From an uncultured Acidobacteriota bacterium (GTDB lineage Bacteria > Acidobacteriota > Thermoanaerobaculia > Gp7-AA8), in NCBI GenBank assembly GCA_963822445.1, contig CAWGHO010000002.1, forward strand, positions 576,001 through 640,000: DNA of 64,000 nucleotides. The letters are read 5' to 3'. A model generated the notes under the pieces. That model made no database searches. It was not told where the DNA came from and saw only the letters and a list, made by a program, of their open reading frames with translations. A program made the translations under genes and the position numbers. The stretch's first letter is position 1. Each line of letters starts with the position of its first letter. Of this stretch, positions 62,616 through 64,000 are shown one piece after another.

Positions 62616-62641
62616 AATCTGTTTCTCCCCACGTGGAGAAG

Positions 62642-62657
62642 AGCATGATCCGTGCCC
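62642..62657 (-). promoter_or_regulatory. Putative sigma54 promoter
   Basis: Minus strand GGGCACGGATCATGCT fits TGGCACG-N4-TTGC(W). Confidence 0.55.
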
Positions 62658-62675
62658 CGCACAGCAAATAACTAC

Positions 62676-62707
62676 CCCGAAACGCCGTAACCCCGTAACC
62701 TCGCAAC
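62676..62707 (+). repeat. Octamer micro-array upstream of the LLM gene
   Basis: CCCGAAAC GCCGTAAC CCCGTAAC CTCGCAAC. Confidence 0.6.
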
Positions 62708-62710
62708 CTC

Positions 62711-63718
62711 ATGATTCTCAGCGTCCTCGACCAGGCCCCCATCTCCGAAGGCTCCACCGGCGCGCAGGCCGTTCGGAACTCGATCGATCTCGCGCGGTTC
62801 GCGGAAGAGCTCGGATACGAGCGGTACTGGGTGGCTGAGCATCACGGGACGCCTGCGCTCGCCTGTGCGAGTCCGGAGGCGCTGATCGGGCCGATTGCAG
62901 CGGTCACTTCACGGATTCGCGTCGGCAGCGGCGGGGTCATGCTCCCGCACTACAGTCCGCTGCGCGTCGCGGAGGCGTTCACCATGCTCGCCGCCGTCGC
63001 GCCCGGCCGCATCGACCTCGGCGTGGGCCGCGCGGCGGGAACCGATCCGGTCACCGCTTTCGCGCTGCAACGCGATCGCCGTCAGGCTGCGCCGGACGAC
63101 TTCCCCGCGCAACTCTTCGAGCTGATGGCCTACCTCGACGACGACATGCCTGCCGATCATCCATTCGCGCGGCTCACCAAACTTCCCGGACTTCCGGAGC
63201 GGCCCGATCTCTGGCTGCTCGGCAGCTCGCCGCAGAGCGGGATCTGGGCGGCGGAGCTCGGACTGCCTTACGCGTTCGCGGATTTCATCAATCCGCTCGG
63301 CGCGGAGATCGTGACGAAGTATCGCGAAGACTTCACTCCGTCCCGGCACGCGGAAAAGCCGCGCGTCATCGCCGCGGTGTGGGCGCTCTGCGCCGATTCG
63401 GATGAGGAAGCGCGGCGGATTGCGGCGAGCTCGAAGATGATGTTCACCCTCTATCTGCGCGGCGAGTTGATCGCCATTCCGCCGATCGAGAAGGCGCTGA
63501 CGTTTCTCGAAACGCAGCCGCCTTCCGAGGATCCGTTTCGCATGCGCCGGCGGGCGATCGTCGGATCGCCGGCGAAAGTCCGCGAGGGAATCGAGGCCGT
63601 GGCCGCGGAGTACGGCACGGACGAAGTGATGATCGTGACGATCACGTTCGACCACGCGGCGCGGCGCCGGTCGTATGAACTGATCGCCAGCGAGTTTCAG
63701 AAAGCCAATCGCACATAA
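62711..63718 (+). CDS. LLM-class flavin-dependent oxidoreductase
   Basis: LSVLDQAP, RYWVAEHH, IRVGSGGVMLPHYSP, LLGSS. Confidence 0.93.
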   Translation: MILSVLDQAPISEGSTGAQAVRNSIDLARFAEELGYERYWVAEHHGTPALACASPEALIGPIAAVTSRIRVGSGGVMLPHYSPLRVAEAFTMLAAVAPGRIDLGVGRAAGTDPVTAFALQRDRRQAAPDDFPAQLFELMAYLDDDMPADHPFARLTKLPGLPERPDLWLLGSSPQSGIWAAELGLPYAFADFINPLGAEIVTKYREDFTPSRHAEKPRVIAAVWALCADSDEEARRIAASSKMMFTLYLRGELIAIPPIEKALTFLETQPPSEDPFRMRRRAIVGSPAKVREGIEAVAAEYGTDEVMIVTITFDHAARRRSYELIASEFQKANRT

Positions 63719-64000
63719 GCCTCGGGGCCGCGGATGGTCATGTCCAGCGAGCCGCCGAGATCGGCCTGGGCCACGTCGACGTCGAGACGGAAGTAGTGGT
63801 ACGCCGCGCCGATGCCGAGCCAGTTCAGCGGACGGTACTCGAGCCGCGCCGCGCCGGTCAGCGCGGTACCGGTGTAGTCCTCGATGGTCACGCGGGGCAA
63901 CGTGGCGATGCTGGCCTCGCCGTGGAATCGTTCCATGAACGCGACACGCGTCTGAAGGCCAGCCAGTGCCACTGGAACGTCCGTCTCCGCGGTTTGTGTA
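63697..64000 (-). CDS. Outer-membrane beta-barrel protein, 3' part only
   Basis: Frame is open to the window end; amphipathic strands; C-terminal GPEAYVRLAF BAM-type signal; 22-nt convergent overlap with the LLM gene. Confidence 0.7.
   Translation of the reverse strand, partial: TQTAETDVPVALAGLQTRVAFMERFHGEASIATLPRVTIEDYTGTALTGAARLEYRPLNWLGIGAAYHYFRLDVDVAQADLGGSLDMTIRGPEAYVRLAF

Overview
GC-rich, gene-dense bacterial chromosomal segment with about 50 protein genes. I see no rRNA, tRNA, CRISPR array or intact transposase/integrase. The host is probably Acidobacteriota (Thermoanaerobaculia-like); this is inferred from the IPTL-CTERM protein, a GspG-like 'AIAIPNLLTAMQRSKQKR' segment and wHTH-TPR regulators. 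Contents: a frameshifted GT4 fusion at the left edge, an RRM gene with a long structured leader, a four-gene histidine kinase/response regulator cluster, a desaturase, bifunctional sat-cysC, several large secreted repeat proteins (choice-of-anchor Q/Ig, a 2800-aa DUF11 IPTL-CTERM protein, and a CLCA-like zincin/Ig protein), M13 and S8 peptidases, vapBC, an RhlE-like helicase, an arsS pair, an ECF sigma operon, pqiABC, a phospholipase D and an LLM oxidoreductase. Intergenic regions carry several unrelated REP-like palindromes and 7/8-mer micro-arrays. The best candidate for an undescribed system is a translationally coupled pair at 26025-27790. It encodes a Pol-beta-type nucleotidyltransferase ending in ...EYGVF and a TIM barrel with a near-complete endonuclease IV-type metal ligand set, possibly a nucleotide-based defence or writer/eraser module (inference). 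The second candidate is a 900-bp low-GC insertion flanked by a 39-bp direct repeat and containing a 14-bp inverted repeat. All family calls come from motif recognition by eye; no database searches were run.
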